A program made the position numbers and the translations under genes. DNA of 64,000 nucleotides from Auanema rhodensis (Eukaryota > Animalia > Nematoda), in contig OZ059895.1 of assembly GCA_964057225.1 (NCBI GenBank), positions 23,374,001 to 23,438,000 of the forward strand. Direction: 5' to 3'. This document shows, one piece after another, positions 26,041-39,900 of this stretch (its first letter is position 1; each line of letters begins with the position of its first letter). Under the pieces are notes generated by a model, which saw only the letters and a program-made list of their open reading frames with translations, was not told the DNA's origin and searched no databases.

Positions 26041-29000
26041 GTCGATCTGTTTTATCAGATTTGCGCTAGCTTAAAAATGCACCGAGATATCAACTGATAT
26101 AAGTTCACACTTATATCCTCGATTTTCACCCTGAAGAATTAATTTTTTCGTTGAATAACAATGTCCATCGTCTTTGCCTTGAAAAAAGGAATCTAAAAAC
26201 ATCTACTTTTCGCTAAATTATTTTGAAATTTTTCGAAAAAATTTTTGTCAAAATGTTTTTGGAAGCAATGTTGAGTGTACATGGAAACTCAACATACACT
26301 AATGCATCATTTTTCAAACGATCATAACTAATTTTCGTATTAAGCGTTTCTCAATGTAGTATAGTGCATTCGATGCGGATTTTTAAGCTGCGTCGATCTG
26401 TGTTATCAGATTTGCGCTAGCTTAAAAATGCACCGAGATATCAACTGATATATGTTCACACTTATATCCTCGATTTTCACCCTGAAGAATTAATTTTTTC
26501 GTTGAATAACAATGTCCATCGTCTTTGCCTTGAAAAAAGGAATCTAAAAACATCTACTTTTTGCTAAATTATTTTGAAATTTTTCGAAAAAATTTTTGTC
26601 AAAATGTTTTTGGAAGCAATGTTGAGTGTACATGGAAACTCAACATACACTAATGCATCATTTTTCAAACGATCATAACTAATTTTTGTATTAAGCGTTT
26701 CTCAATGTAGTATAGTGCATTCGATGCGGATTTTTAAGCTGCGTCGTTCTGTGTTATCAGATTTGCGCTAGCTTAAAAATGCACCGAGATATCAACTGAT
26801 ATAAGTTCACACTTATATCCTCGATTTTCACCCTGAAGAATTAATTTTTTCGTTGAATAACAATGTCCATCGTCTTTGCCTTGAAAAAAAAAATCTAAAA
26901 ACATCTACTTTTTGCTAAATTATTTTGAAATTTTTCGAAAAAATTTTTGTCAAAATGTTTTTAGAAGCAATGTTGAGTGTACATGGAAACTCAACATACA
27001 CTAATGCATCATTTTTCAAACGATCATAACTAATTTTTGTATTAAGCGTTTCTCAATGTAGTATAGTGCATTCGATGCGGATTTTTAAGCTGCAATGATC
27101 TGTGTTATCAGATTTGCGCTAGCTTAAAAATGCACCGAGATATCAACTGATATAAGTTCACACTTATATCCTCGATTTTCACCCTGAAGAATTAATTTTT
27201 TCGTTGAATAACAATGTCCATCGTCTTTGCCTTGAAAAAAGAAATCTAAAAACATCTACTTTTTGCTAAATTATTTTGAAATTTTTCGAAAAAATTTTTG
27301 TCAAAATGTTTTTGGAAGCAATGTTGAGTGTACATGGAAACTCAACATACACTAATGCATCATTTTTCAAACGATCATAACTAATTTTTGTATTAAGCGT
27401 TTCTCAATGTAGTATAGTGCATTCGATGCAGATTTTTAAGCTGCGTCGATCTGTGTTATCAGATTTGCGCTAGCTTAAAAATGCACCGAGATATCAACTG
27501 ATATATGTTCACACTTATATCCTCGATTTTCACCCTGAAGAATTAATTTTTTCGTTGAATAACAATGTCCATCGTCTTTGCCTTGAAAAAAGGAATCTAA
27601 AAACATCTACTTTTTGCTAAATTATTTTGAAATTTTTCGAAAAAATTTTTGTCAAAATGTTTTTGGAAGCAATGTTGAGTGTACATGGAAACTCAACATA
27701 CACTAATGCATCATTTTTCAAACGATCATAACTAATTTTTGAATTAAGCGTTTCTCAATGTAGTATAGTGCATTCGATGCGGATTTTTAAGCTGCGTCGT
27801 TCTGTGTTATCAGATTTGCGCTAGCTTAAAAATGCACCGAGATATCAACTGATATAAGTTCACACTTATATCCTCGATTTTCACCCTGAAGAATTAATTT
27901 TTTCGTTGAATAACAATGTCCATCGTCTTTGCCTTGAAAAAAGAAATCTAAAAACATCTACTTTTTGCTAAATTATTTTGAAATTTTTCGAAAAAATTTT
28001 TGTCAAAATGTTTTTAGAAGCAATGTTGAGTGTACATGGAAACTCAACATACACTAATGCATCATTTTTCAAACGATCATAACTAATTTTTGTATTAAGC
28101 GTTTCTCAATGTAGTATAGTGCATTCGATGCGGATTTTTAAGCTGCAATGATCTGTGTTATCAGATTTGCGCTAGCTTGAAAATGCACCGAGATATCAAC
28201 TGATATAAGTTCACACTTATATCCTCGATTTTCACCCTGAAGAATTAATTTTTTCGTTGAATAACAATGTCCATCGTCTTTGCCTTGAAAAAAGAAATCT
28301 AAAAACATCTACTTTTTGCTAAATTATTTTGAAATTTTTCGAAAAAATTTTTGTCAAAATGTTTTTGGAAGCAATGTTGAGTGTACATGGAAACTCAACA
28401 TACACTAATGCATCATTTTTCAAACGATCATAACTAATTTTTGTATTAAGCGTTTCTCAATGTAGTATAGTGCATTCGATGCGGATTTTTAAGCTGCAAT
28501 GATCTGTGTTATCAGATTTGCGCTAGCTTAAAAATGCACCGAGATATCAACTGATATATGTTCACACTTATATCCTCGATTTTCACCCTGAAGAATTAAT
28601 TTTTTCGTTGAATAACAATGTTCATCGTCTTTGCCTTGAAAAAAGGAATCTAAAAACATCTACTTTTTGCTAAATTATTTTGAAATTTTTCGAAAAAATT
28701 TTTGTCAAAATGTTTTTGGAAGCAATGTTGAGTGTACATGGAAACTCAACATACACTAATGCATCATTTTTCAAACGATCATAACTAATTTTTGTATTAA
28801 GCGTTTCTCAATGTAGTATAGTGCATTCGATGCGGATTTTTAAGCTGCGTCGATCTGTGTTATCAGATTTGCGCTAGCTTAAAAATGCACCGAGATATCA
28901 ACTGATATAAGTTCACACTTATATCCTCGATTTTCACCCTGAAGAATTAATTTTTTCGTTGAATAACAATGTTCATCGTCTTTGCCTTGAAAAAAGGAAT

Positions 29001-29199
29001 CTAAAAACATCTACTTTTTGCTAAATTATTCTGAAATTTTTCGAAAAAATTTTTGTCAAAATGTTTTTGGAAGCAATGTTGAGTGTACATGGAAACTCAA
29101 CATACACTAATGCATCATTTTTCAAACGATCATAACTAATTTTTGTATTAAGCGTTTCTCAATGTAGTATAGTGCATTCGATGCGGATTTTTAAGCTGC

Positions 29200-29550
29200 G
29201 TCGATCTGTGTTATCAGATTTGCGCTAGCTTAAAAATGCACCGAGATATCAACTGATATAAGTTCACACTTATATCCTCGATTTTCACCCTGAAGAATTA
29301 ATTTTTTCGTTGAATAACATCGTCCATCGTCTTTGCCTTAAAAAAAGGAATCTAAAAACATCTACTTTTTGCCAAATTATCTTGAAATTTTTTGAAAAAA
29401 TTTTTGTCAAAATGTTTTTGGAAGCAATGTTGAGTGTACATGGAAACTCAACATACACTAATGCATCATTTTTCAAACGATCATAACTAATTTTTGTATT
29501 GAGCGTTTCTCAATGTAGTATAGTGCATTCGATGCGGATTTTTAAGCTGC
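29200..29550 (+). repeat. Divergent monomer class (CATCGTCCATCGTC type), first copy; others start at 37617, 42180, 44286, 45339, 49200 and 50253
   Basis: Linked alleles AACATCGTCC, GCCTTAAAA, ATTATCTTG, TTTTTTGAAA and (except at 44286) TATTGAGC. Confidence 0.92.
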
Positions 29551-30603
29551 GTCGATCTGTTTTATCAGATTTGCGCTAGCTTAAAAATGCACCGAGATAT
29601 CAACTGATATAAGTTCACACTTATATCCTCGATTTTCACCCTGAAGAATTGATTTTTTCGTTGAATAACAATGTCCATCGTCTTTGCCTTGAAAAAAGGA
29701 ATCTAAAAACATCTACTTTTTGCTAAATTATTTTGAAATTTTTCGAAAAAATTTTTGTCAAAATGTTTTTGGAAGCAATGTTGAGTGTACATGGAAACTC
29801 AACATACACTAATGCATCATTTTTCAAACGATCATAACTAATTTTTGTATTAAGCGTTTCTCAATGTAGTATAGTGCATTCGATGCGGATTTTTAAGCTG
29901 CGTCGTTCTGTGTTATCAGATTTGCGCTAGCTTAAAAATGCACCGAGATATCAACTGATATAAGTTCACACTTATATCCTCGATTTTCACCCTGAAGAAT
30001 TAATTTTTTCGTTGAATAACAATGTCCATCGTCTTTGCCTTGAAAAAAGAAATCTAAAAACATTTACTTTTTGCTAAATTATTTTGAAATTTTTCGAAAA
30101 AATTTTTGTCAAAATGTTTTTAGAAGCAATGTTGAGTGTACATGGAAACTCAACATACACTAATGCATCATTTTTCAAACGATCATAACTAATTTTTGTA
30201 TTAAGCGTTTCTCAATGTAGTATAGTGCATTCGATGCGGATTTTTAAGCTGCAATGATCTGTGTTATCAGATTTGCGCTAGCTTAAAAATGCACCGAGAT
30301 ATCAACTGATATAAGTTCACACTTATATCCTCGATTTTCACCCTGAAGAATTAATTTTTTCGTTGAATAACAATGTCCATCGTCTTTGCCTTGAAAAAAG
30401 AAATCTAAAAACATCTACTTTTTGCTAAATTATTTTGAAATTTTTCGAAAAAATTTTTGTCAAAATGTTTTTGGAAGCAATGTTGAGTGTACATGGAAAC
30501 TCAACATACACTAATGCATCATTTTTCAAACGATCATAACTAATTTTTGTATTAAGCGTTTCTCAATGTAGTATAGTGCATTCGATGCAGATTTTTAAGC
30601 TGC

Positions 30604-30947
30604 GTCGATCTGTGTTATCAGATTTGCGCTAGCTTAAAAATGTTTTTTTTTTCACTTTTATCACACTTATATCCTCGATTTTCACTCTGAAGAATTAATT
30701 TTTTCGTTGAATAACAATGTCCATCGTCTTTGCCTTGAAAAAACAAATCTAAAAACATCTACTTTTTGCTAAATTATTTTGAAATTTTTCGAAAAAATTT
30801 TTGTCAAAATGTTTTTGGAAGCAATGTTGAGTGTACATGGAAACTCAACATACACTAATGCATCATTTTTCAAACGATCATAACTAATTTTTGTATTAAG
30901 CGTTTCTCAATGTAGTATAGTGCATTCGATGCGGATTTTTAAGCTGC
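30604..30947 (+). repeat. 344-bp patch monomer with a further 3-bp deletion, copy 4
   Basis: T10 at 30643-30652 is followed by CACTTTTA|TCACAC (AGT lost). Confidence 0.95.
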
Positions 30948-33900
30948 GTCGATCTGTTTTATCAGATTTGCGCTAGCTTAAAAATGCACCGAGATATCAA
31001 CTGATATAAGTTCACACTTATATCCTCGATTTTCACCCTGAAGAATTAATTTTTTCGTTGAATAACAATGTCCATCGTCTTTGCCTTGAAAAAAGGAATC
31101 TAAAAACATCTACTTTTCGCTAAATTATTTTGAAATTTTTCGAAAAAATTTTTGTCAAAATGTTTTTGGAAGCAATGTTGAGTGTACATGGAAACTCAAC
31201 ATACACTAATGCATCATTTTTCAAACGATCATAACTAATTTTCGTATTAAGCGTTTCTCAATGTAGTATAGTGCATTCGATGCGGATTTTTAAGCTGCGT
31301 CGATCTGTGTTATCAGATTTGCGCTAGCTTAAAAATGCACCGAGATATCAACTGATATATGTTCACACTTATATCCTCGATTTTCACCCTGAAGAATTAA
31401 TTTTTTCGTTGAATAACAATGTCCATCGTCTTTGCCTTGAAAAAAGGAATCTAAAAACATCTACTTTTTGCTAAATTATTTTGAAATTTTTCGAAAAAAT
31501 TTTTGTCAAAATGTTTTTGGAAGCAATGTTGAGTGTACATGGAAACTCAACATACACTAATGCATCATTTTTCAAACGATCATAACTAATTTTTGTATTA
31601 AGCGTTTCTCAATGTAGTATAGTGCATTCGATGCGGATTTTTAAGCTGCGTCGTTCTGTGTTATCAGATTTGCGCTAGCTTAAAAATGCACCGAGATATC
31701 AACTGATATAAGTTCACACTTATATCCTCGATTTTCACCCTGAAGAATTAATTTTTTCGTTGAATAACAATGTCCATCGTCTTTGCCTTGAAAAAAAAAA
31801 TCTAAAAACATCTACTTTTTGCTAAATTATTTTGAAATTTTTCGAAAAAATTTTTGTCAAAATGTTTTTAGAAGCAATGTTGAGTGTACATGGAAACTCA
31901 ACATACACTAATGCATCATTTTTCAAACGATCATAACTAATTTTTGTATTAAGCGTTTCTCAATGTAGTATAGTGCATTCGATGCGGATTTTTAAGCTGC
32001 AATGATCTGTGTTATCAGATTTGCGCTAGCTTAAAAATGCACCGAGATATCAACTGATATAAGTTCACACTTATATCCTCGATTTTCACCCTGAAGAATT
32101 AATTTTTTCGTTGAATAACAATGTCCATCGTCTTTGCCTTGAAAAAAGAAATCTAAAAACATCTACTTTTTGCTAAATTATTTTGAAATTTTTCGAAAAA
32201 ATTTTTGTCAAAATGTTTTTGGAAGCAATGTTGAGTGTACATGGAAACTCAACATACACTAATGCATCATTTTTCAAACGATCATAACTAATTTTTGTAT
32301 TAAGCGTTTCTCAATGTAGTATAGTGCATTCGATGCAGATTTTTAAGCTGCGTCGATCTGTGTTATCAGATTTGCGCTAGCTTAAAAATGCACCGAGATA
32401 TCAACTGATATATGTTCACACTTATATCCTCGATTTTCACCCTGAAGAATTAATTTTTTCGTTGAATAACAATGTCCATCGTCTTTGCCTTGAAAAAAGG
32501 AATCTAAAAACATCTACTTTTTGCTAAATTATTTTGAAATTTTTCGAAAAAATTTTTGTCAAAATGTTTTTGGAAGCAATGTTGAGTGTACATGGAAACT
32601 CAACATACACTAATGCATCATTTTTCAAACGATCATAACTAATTTTTGAATTAAGCGTTTCTCAATGTAGTATAGTGCATTCGATGCGGATTTTTAAGCT
32701 GCGTCGTTCTGTGTTATCAGATTTGCGCTAGCTTAAAAATGCACCGAGATATCAACTGATATAAGTTCACACTTATATCCTCGATTTTCACCCTGAAGAA
32801 TTAATTTTTTCGTTGAATAACAATGTCCATCGTCTTTGCCTTGAAAAAAAAAATCTAAAAACATCTACTTTTTGCTAAATTATTTTGAAATTTTTCGAAA
32901 AAATTTTTGTCAAAATGTTTTTAGAAGCAATGTTGAGTGTACATGGAAACTCAACATACACTAATGCATCATTTTTCAAACGATCATAACTAATTTTTGT
33001 ATTAAGCGTTTCTCAATGTAGTATAGTGCATTCGATGCGGATTTTTAAGCTGCAATGATCTGTGTTATCAGATTTGCGCTAGCTTAAAAATGCACCGAGA
33101 TATCAACTGATATAAGTTCACACTTATATCCTCGATTTTCACCCTGAAGAATTAATTTTTTCGTTGAATAACAATGTCCATCGTCTTTGCCTTGAAAAAA
33201 GAAATCTAAAAACATCTACTTTTTGCTAAATTATTTTGAAATTTTTCGAAAAAATTTTTGTCAAAATGTTTTTGGAAGCAATGTTGAGTGTACATGGAAA
33301 CTCAACATACACTAATGCATCATTTTTCAAACGATCATAACTAATTTTTGTATTAAGCGTTTCTCAATGTAGTATAGTGCATTCGATGCAGATTTTTAAG
33401 CTGCGTCGATCTGTGTTATCAGATTTGCGCTAGCTTAAAAATGCACCGAGATATCAACTGATATATGTTCACACTTATATCCTCGATTTTCACCCTGAAG
33501 AATTAATTTTTTCGTTGAATAACAATGTCCATCGTCTTTGCCTTGAAAAAAGGAATCTAAAAACATCTACTTTTTGCTAAATTATTTTGAAATTTTTCGA
33601 AAAAATTTTTGTCAAAATGTTTTTGGAAGCAATGTTGAGTGTACATGGAAACTCAACATACACTAATGCATCATTTTTCAAACGATCATAACTAATTTTT
33701 GAATTAAGCGTTTCTCAATGTAGTATAGTGCATTCGATGCGGATTTTTAAGCTGCGTCGTTCTGTGTTATCAGATTTGCGCTAGCTTAAAAATGCACCGA
33801 GATATCAACTGATATAAGTTCACACTTATATCCTCGATTTTCACCCTGAAGAATTAATTTTTTCGTTGAATAACAATGTCCATCGTCTTTGCCTTGAAAA

Positions 33901-36900
33901 AAGAAATCTAAAAACATCTACTTTTTGCTAAATTATTTTGAAATTTTTCGAAAAAATTTTTGTCAAAATGTTTTTAGAAGCAATGTTGAGTGTACATGGA
34001 AACTCAACATACACTAATGCATCATTTTTCAAACGATCATAACTAATTTTTGTATTAAGCGTTTCTCAATGTAGTATAGTGCATTCGATGCGGATTTTTA
34101 AGCTGCAATGATCTGTGTTATCAGATTTGCGCTAGCTTAAAAATGCACCGAGATATCAACTGATATAAGTTCACACTTATATCCTCGATTTTCACCCTGA
34201 AGAATTAATTTTTTCGTTGAATAACAATGTCCATCGTCTTTGCCTTGAAAAAAGAAATCTAAAAACATCTACTTTTTGCTAAATTATTTTGAAATTTTTC
34301 GAAAAAATTTTTGTCAAAATGTTTTTGGAAGCAATGTTGAGTGTACATGGAAACTCAACATACACTAATGCATCATTTTTCAAACGATCATAACTAATTT
34401 TTGTATTAAGCGTTTCTCAATGTAGTATAGTGCTTTCGATGCGGATTTTTAAGCTGCAATGATCTGTGTTATCAGATTTGCGCTAGCTTAAAAATGCACC
34501 GAGATATCAACTGATATAAGTTCACACTTATATCCTCGATTTTCACCCTGAAGAATTAATTTTTTCGTTGAATAACAATGTCCATCGTCTTTGCCTTGAA
34601 AAAAGAAATCTAAAAACATCTACTTTTTGCTAAATTATTTTGAAATTTTTCGAAAAAATTTTTGTCAAAATGTTTTTGGAAGCAATGTTGAGTGTACATG
34701 GAAACTCAACATACACTAATGCATCATTTTTCAAACGATCATAACTAATTTTTGAATTAAGCGTTTCTCAATGTAGTATAGTGCATTCGATGCGGATTTT
34801 TAAGCTGCGTCGTTCTGTGTTATCAGATTTGCGCTAGCTTAAAAATGCACCGAGATATCAACTGATATAAGTTCACACTTATATCCTCGATTTTCACCCT
34901 GAAGAATTAATTTTTTCGTTGAATAACAATGTCCATCGTCTTTGCCTTGAAAAAAGAAATCTAAAAACATCTACTTTTTGCTAAATTATTTTGAAATTTT
35001 TCGAAAAAATTTTTGTCAAAATGTTTTTAGAAGCAATGTTGAGTGTACATGGAAACTCAACATACACTAATGCATCATTTTTCAAACGATCATAACTAAT
35101 TTTTGTATTAAGCGTTTCTCAATGTAGTATAGTGCATTCGATGCGGATTTTTAAGCTGCAATGATCTGTGTTATCAGATTTGCGCTAGCTTAAAAATGCA
35201 CCGAGATATCAACTGATATAAGTTCACACTTATATCCTCGATTTTCACCCTGAAGAATTAATTTTTTCGTTGAATAACAATGTCCATCGTCTTTGCCTTG
35301 AAAAAAGAAATCTAAAAACATCTACTTTTTGCTAAATTATTTTGAAATTTTTCGAAAAAATTTTTGTCAAAATGTTTTTGGAAGCAATGTTGAGTGTACA
35401 TGGAAACTCAACATACACTAATGCATCATTTTTCAAACGATCATAACTAATTTTTGTATTAAGCGTTTCTCAATGTAGTATAGTGCTTTCGATGCGGATT
35501 TTTAAGCTGCAATGATCTGTGTTATCAGATTTGCGCTAGCTTAAAAATGCACCGAGATATCAACTGATATAAGTTCACACTTATATCCTCGATTTTCACC
35601 CTGAAGAATTAATTTTTTCGTTGAATAACAATGTCCATCGTCTTTGCCTTGAAAAAAGAAATCTAAAAACATCTACTTTTTGCTAAATTATTTTGAAATT
35701 TTTCGAAAAAATTTTTGTCAAAATGTTTTTGGAAGCAATGTTGAGTGTACATGGAAACTCAACATACACTAATGCATCATTTTTCAAACGATCATAACTA
35801 ATTTTTGAATTAAGCGTTTCTCAATGTAGTATAGTGCATTCGATGCGGATTTTTAAGCTGCGTCGTTCTGTGTTATCAGATTTGCGCTAGCTTAAAAATG
35901 CACCGAGATATCAACTGATATAAGTTCACACTTATATCCTCGATTTTCACCCTGAAGAATTAATTTTTTCGTTGAATAACAATGTCCATCGTCTTTGCCT
36001 TGAAAAAAGAAATCTAAAAACATCTACTTTTTGCTAAATTATTTTGAAATTTTTCGAAAAAATTTTTGTCAAAATGTTTTTAGAAGCAATGTTGAGTGTA
36101 CATGGAAACTCAACATACACTAATGCATCATTTTTCAAACGATCATAACTAATTTTTGTATTAAGCGTTTCTCAATGTAGTATAGTGCATTCGATGCGGA
36201 TTTTTAAGCTGCAATGATCTGTGTTATCAGATTTGCGCTAGCTTAAAAATGCACCGAGATATCAACTGATATAAGTTCACACTTATATCCTCGATTTTCA
36301 CCCTGAAGAATTAATTTTTTCGTTGAATAACAATGTCCATCGTCTTTGCCTTGAAAAAAGAAATCTAAAAACATCTACTTTTTGCTAAATTATTTTGAAA
36401 TTTTTCGAAAAAATTTTTGTCAAAATGTTTTTGGAAGCAATGTTGAGTGTACATGGAAACTCAACATACACTAATGCATCATTTTTCAAACGATCATAAC
36501 TAATTTTTGTATTAAGCGTTTCTCAATGTAGTATAGTGCATTCGATGCGGATTTTTAAGCTGCAATGATCTGTGTTATCAGATTTGCGCTAGCTTAAAAA
36601 TGCACCGAGATATCAACTGATATAAGTTCACACTTATATCCTCGATTTTCACCCTGAAGAATTAATTTTTTCGTTGAATAACAATGTCCATCGTCTTTGC
36701 CTTGAAAAAAGAAATCTAAAAACATCTACTTTTTGCTAAATTATTTTGAAATTTTTCGAAAAAATTTTTGTCAAAATGTTTTTGGAAGCAATGTTGAGTG
36801 TACATGGAAACTCAACATACACTAATGCATCATTTTTCAAACGATCATAACTAATTTTTGTATTAAGCGTTTCTCAATGTAGTATAGTGCATTCGATGCG

Positions 36901-39900
36901 GATTTTTAAGCTGCAATGATCTGTGTTATCAGATTTGCGCTAGCTTAAAAATGCACCGAGATATCAACTGATATATGTTCACACTTATATCCTCGATTTT
37001 CACCCTGAAGAATTAATTTTTTCGTTGAATAACAATGTTCATCGTCTTTGCCTTGAAAAAAGGAATCTAAAAACATCTACTTTTTGCTAAATTATTTTGA
37101 AATTTTTCGAAAAAATTTTTGTCAAAATGTTTTTGGAAGCAATGTTGAGTGTACATGGAAACTCAACATACACTAATGCATCATTTTTCAAACGATCATA
37201 ACTAATTTTTGTATTAAGCGTTTCTCAATGTAGTATAGTGCATTCGATGCGGATTTTTAAGCTGCGTCGATCTGTGTTATCAGATTTGCGCTAGCTTAAA
37301 AATGCACCGAGATATCAACTGATATAAGTTCACACTTATATCCTCGATTTTCACCCTGAAGAATTAATTTTTTCGTTGAATAACAATGTTCATCGTCTTT
37401 GCCTTGAAAAAAGGAATCTAAAAACATCTACTTTTTGCTAAATTATTCTGAAATTTTTCGAAAAAATTTTTGTCAAAATGTTTTTGGAAGCAATGTTGAG
37501 TGTACATGGAAACTCAACATACACTAATGCATCATTTTTCAAACGATCATAACTAATTTTTGTATTAAGCGTTTCTCAATGTAGTATAGTGCATTCGATG
37601 CGGATTTTTAAGCTGCGTCGATCTGTGTTATCAGATTTGCGCTAGCTTAAAAATGCACCGAGATATCAACTGATATAAGTTCACACTTATATCCTCGATT
37701 TTCACCCTGAAGAATTAATTTTTTCGTTGAATAACATCGTCCATCGTCTTTGCCTTAAAAAAAGGAATCTAAAAACATCTACTTTTTGCTAAATTATCTT
37801 GAAATTTTTTGAAAAAATTTTTGTCAAAATGTTTTTGGAAGCAATGTTGAGTGTACATGGAAACTCAACATACACTAATGCATCATTTTTCAAACGATCA
37901 TAACTAATTTTTGTATTGAGCGTTTCTCAATGTAGTATAGTGCATTCGATGCGGATTTTTAAGCTGCGTCGATCTGTTTTATCAGATTTGCGCTAGCTTA
38001 AAAATGCACCGAGATATCAACTGATATAAGTTCACACTTATATCCTCGATTTTCACCCTGAAGAATTGATTTTTTCGTTGAATAACAATGTCCATCGTCT
38101 TTGCCTTGAAAAAACAAATCTAAAAACATCTACTTTTTGCTAAATTATTTTGAAATTTTTCGAAAAAATTTTTGTCAAAATGTTTTTGGAAGCAATGTTG
38201 AGTGTACATGGAAACTCAACATACACTAATGCATCATTTTTCAAACGATCATAACTAATTTTTGTATTAAGCGTTTCTCAATGTAGTATAGTGCATTCGA
38301 TGCGGATTTTTAAGCTGCGTCGATCTGTTTTATCAGATTTGCGCTAGCTTAAAAATGCACCGAGATATCAACTGATATAAGTTCACACTTATATCCTCGA
38401 TTTTCACCCTGAAGAATTAATTTTTTCGTTGAATAACAATGTCCATCGTCTTTGCCTTGAAAAAAGGAATCTAAAAACATCTACTTTTTGCTAAATTATT
38501 TTGAAATTTTTCGAAAAAATTTTTGTCAAAATGTTTTTGGAAGCAATGTTGAGTGTACATGGAAACTCAACATACACTAATGCATCATTTTTCAAACGAT
38601 CATAACTAATTTTCGTATTAAGCGTTTCTCAATGTAGTATAGTGCATTCGATGCGAATTTTTAAGCTGCGTCGATCTGTGTTATCAGATTTGCGCTAGCT
38701 TAAAAATGCACCGAGATATCAACTGATATATGTTCACACTTATATCCTCGATTTTCACCCTGAAGAATTAATTTTTTCGTTGAATAACAATGTCCATCGT
38801 CTTTGCCTTGAAAAAAGGAATCTAAAAACATCTACTTTTTGCTAAATTATTTTGAAATTTTTCGAAAAAATTTTTGTCAAAATGTTTTTGGAAGCAATGT
38901 TGAGTGTACATGGAAACTCAACATACACTAATGCATCATTTTTCAAACGATCATAACTAATTTTTGTATTAAGCGTTTCTCAATGTAGTATAGTGCATTC
39001 GATGCGGATTTTTAAGCTGCAATGATCTGTGTTATCAGATTTGCGCTAGCTTAAAAATGCACCGAGATATCAACTGATATATGTTCACACTTATATCCTC
39101 GATTTTCACCCTGAAGAATTAATTTTTTCGTTGAATAACAATGTTCATCGTCTTTGCCTTGAAAAAAGGAATCTAAAAACATCTACTTTTTGCTAAATTA
39201 TTTTGAAATTTTTCGAAAAAACTTTTGTCAAAATGTTTTTGGAAGCAATGTTGAGTGTACATGGAAACTCAACATACACTAATGCATCATTTTTCAAACG
39301 ATCATAACTAATTTTTGTATTAAGCGTTTCTCAATGTAGTATAGTGCATTCGATGCGGATTTTTAAGCTGCGTCGTTCTGTGTTATCAGATTTGCGCTAG
39401 CTTAAAAATGCACCGAGATATCAACTGATATATGTTCACACTTATATCCTCGATTTTCACCCTGAAGAATTAATTTTTTCGTTGAATAACAATGTTCATC
39501 GTCTTTGCCTTGAAAAAAGGAATCTAAAAACATCTACTTTTTGCTAAATTATTTTGAAATTTTTCGAAAAAATTTTTGTCAAAATGTTTTTAGAAGCAAT
39601 GTTGAGTGTACATGGAAACTCAACATACACTAATGCATCATTTTTCAAACGATCATAACTAATTTTTGTATTAAGCGTTTCTCAATGTAGTATAGTGCAT
39701 TCGATGCGGATTTTTAAGCTGCAATGATCTGTGTTATCAGATTTGCGCTAGCTTAAAAATGCACCGAGATATCAACTGATATATGTTCACACTTATATCC
39801 TCGATTTTCACCCTGAAGAATTAATTTTTTCGTTGAATAACAATGTTCATCGTCTTTGCCTTGAAAAAAGGAATCTAAAAACATCTACTTTTTGCTAAAT

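Noticed and set aside
29285-29476. 63-aa minus-strand ORF (also 49285-49476 and 50338-50529) as a CDS
   Set aside because: TTG start, no recognisable domain, composition dictated by A/T tracts, and the frame is closed by TAG in all other full-length units.
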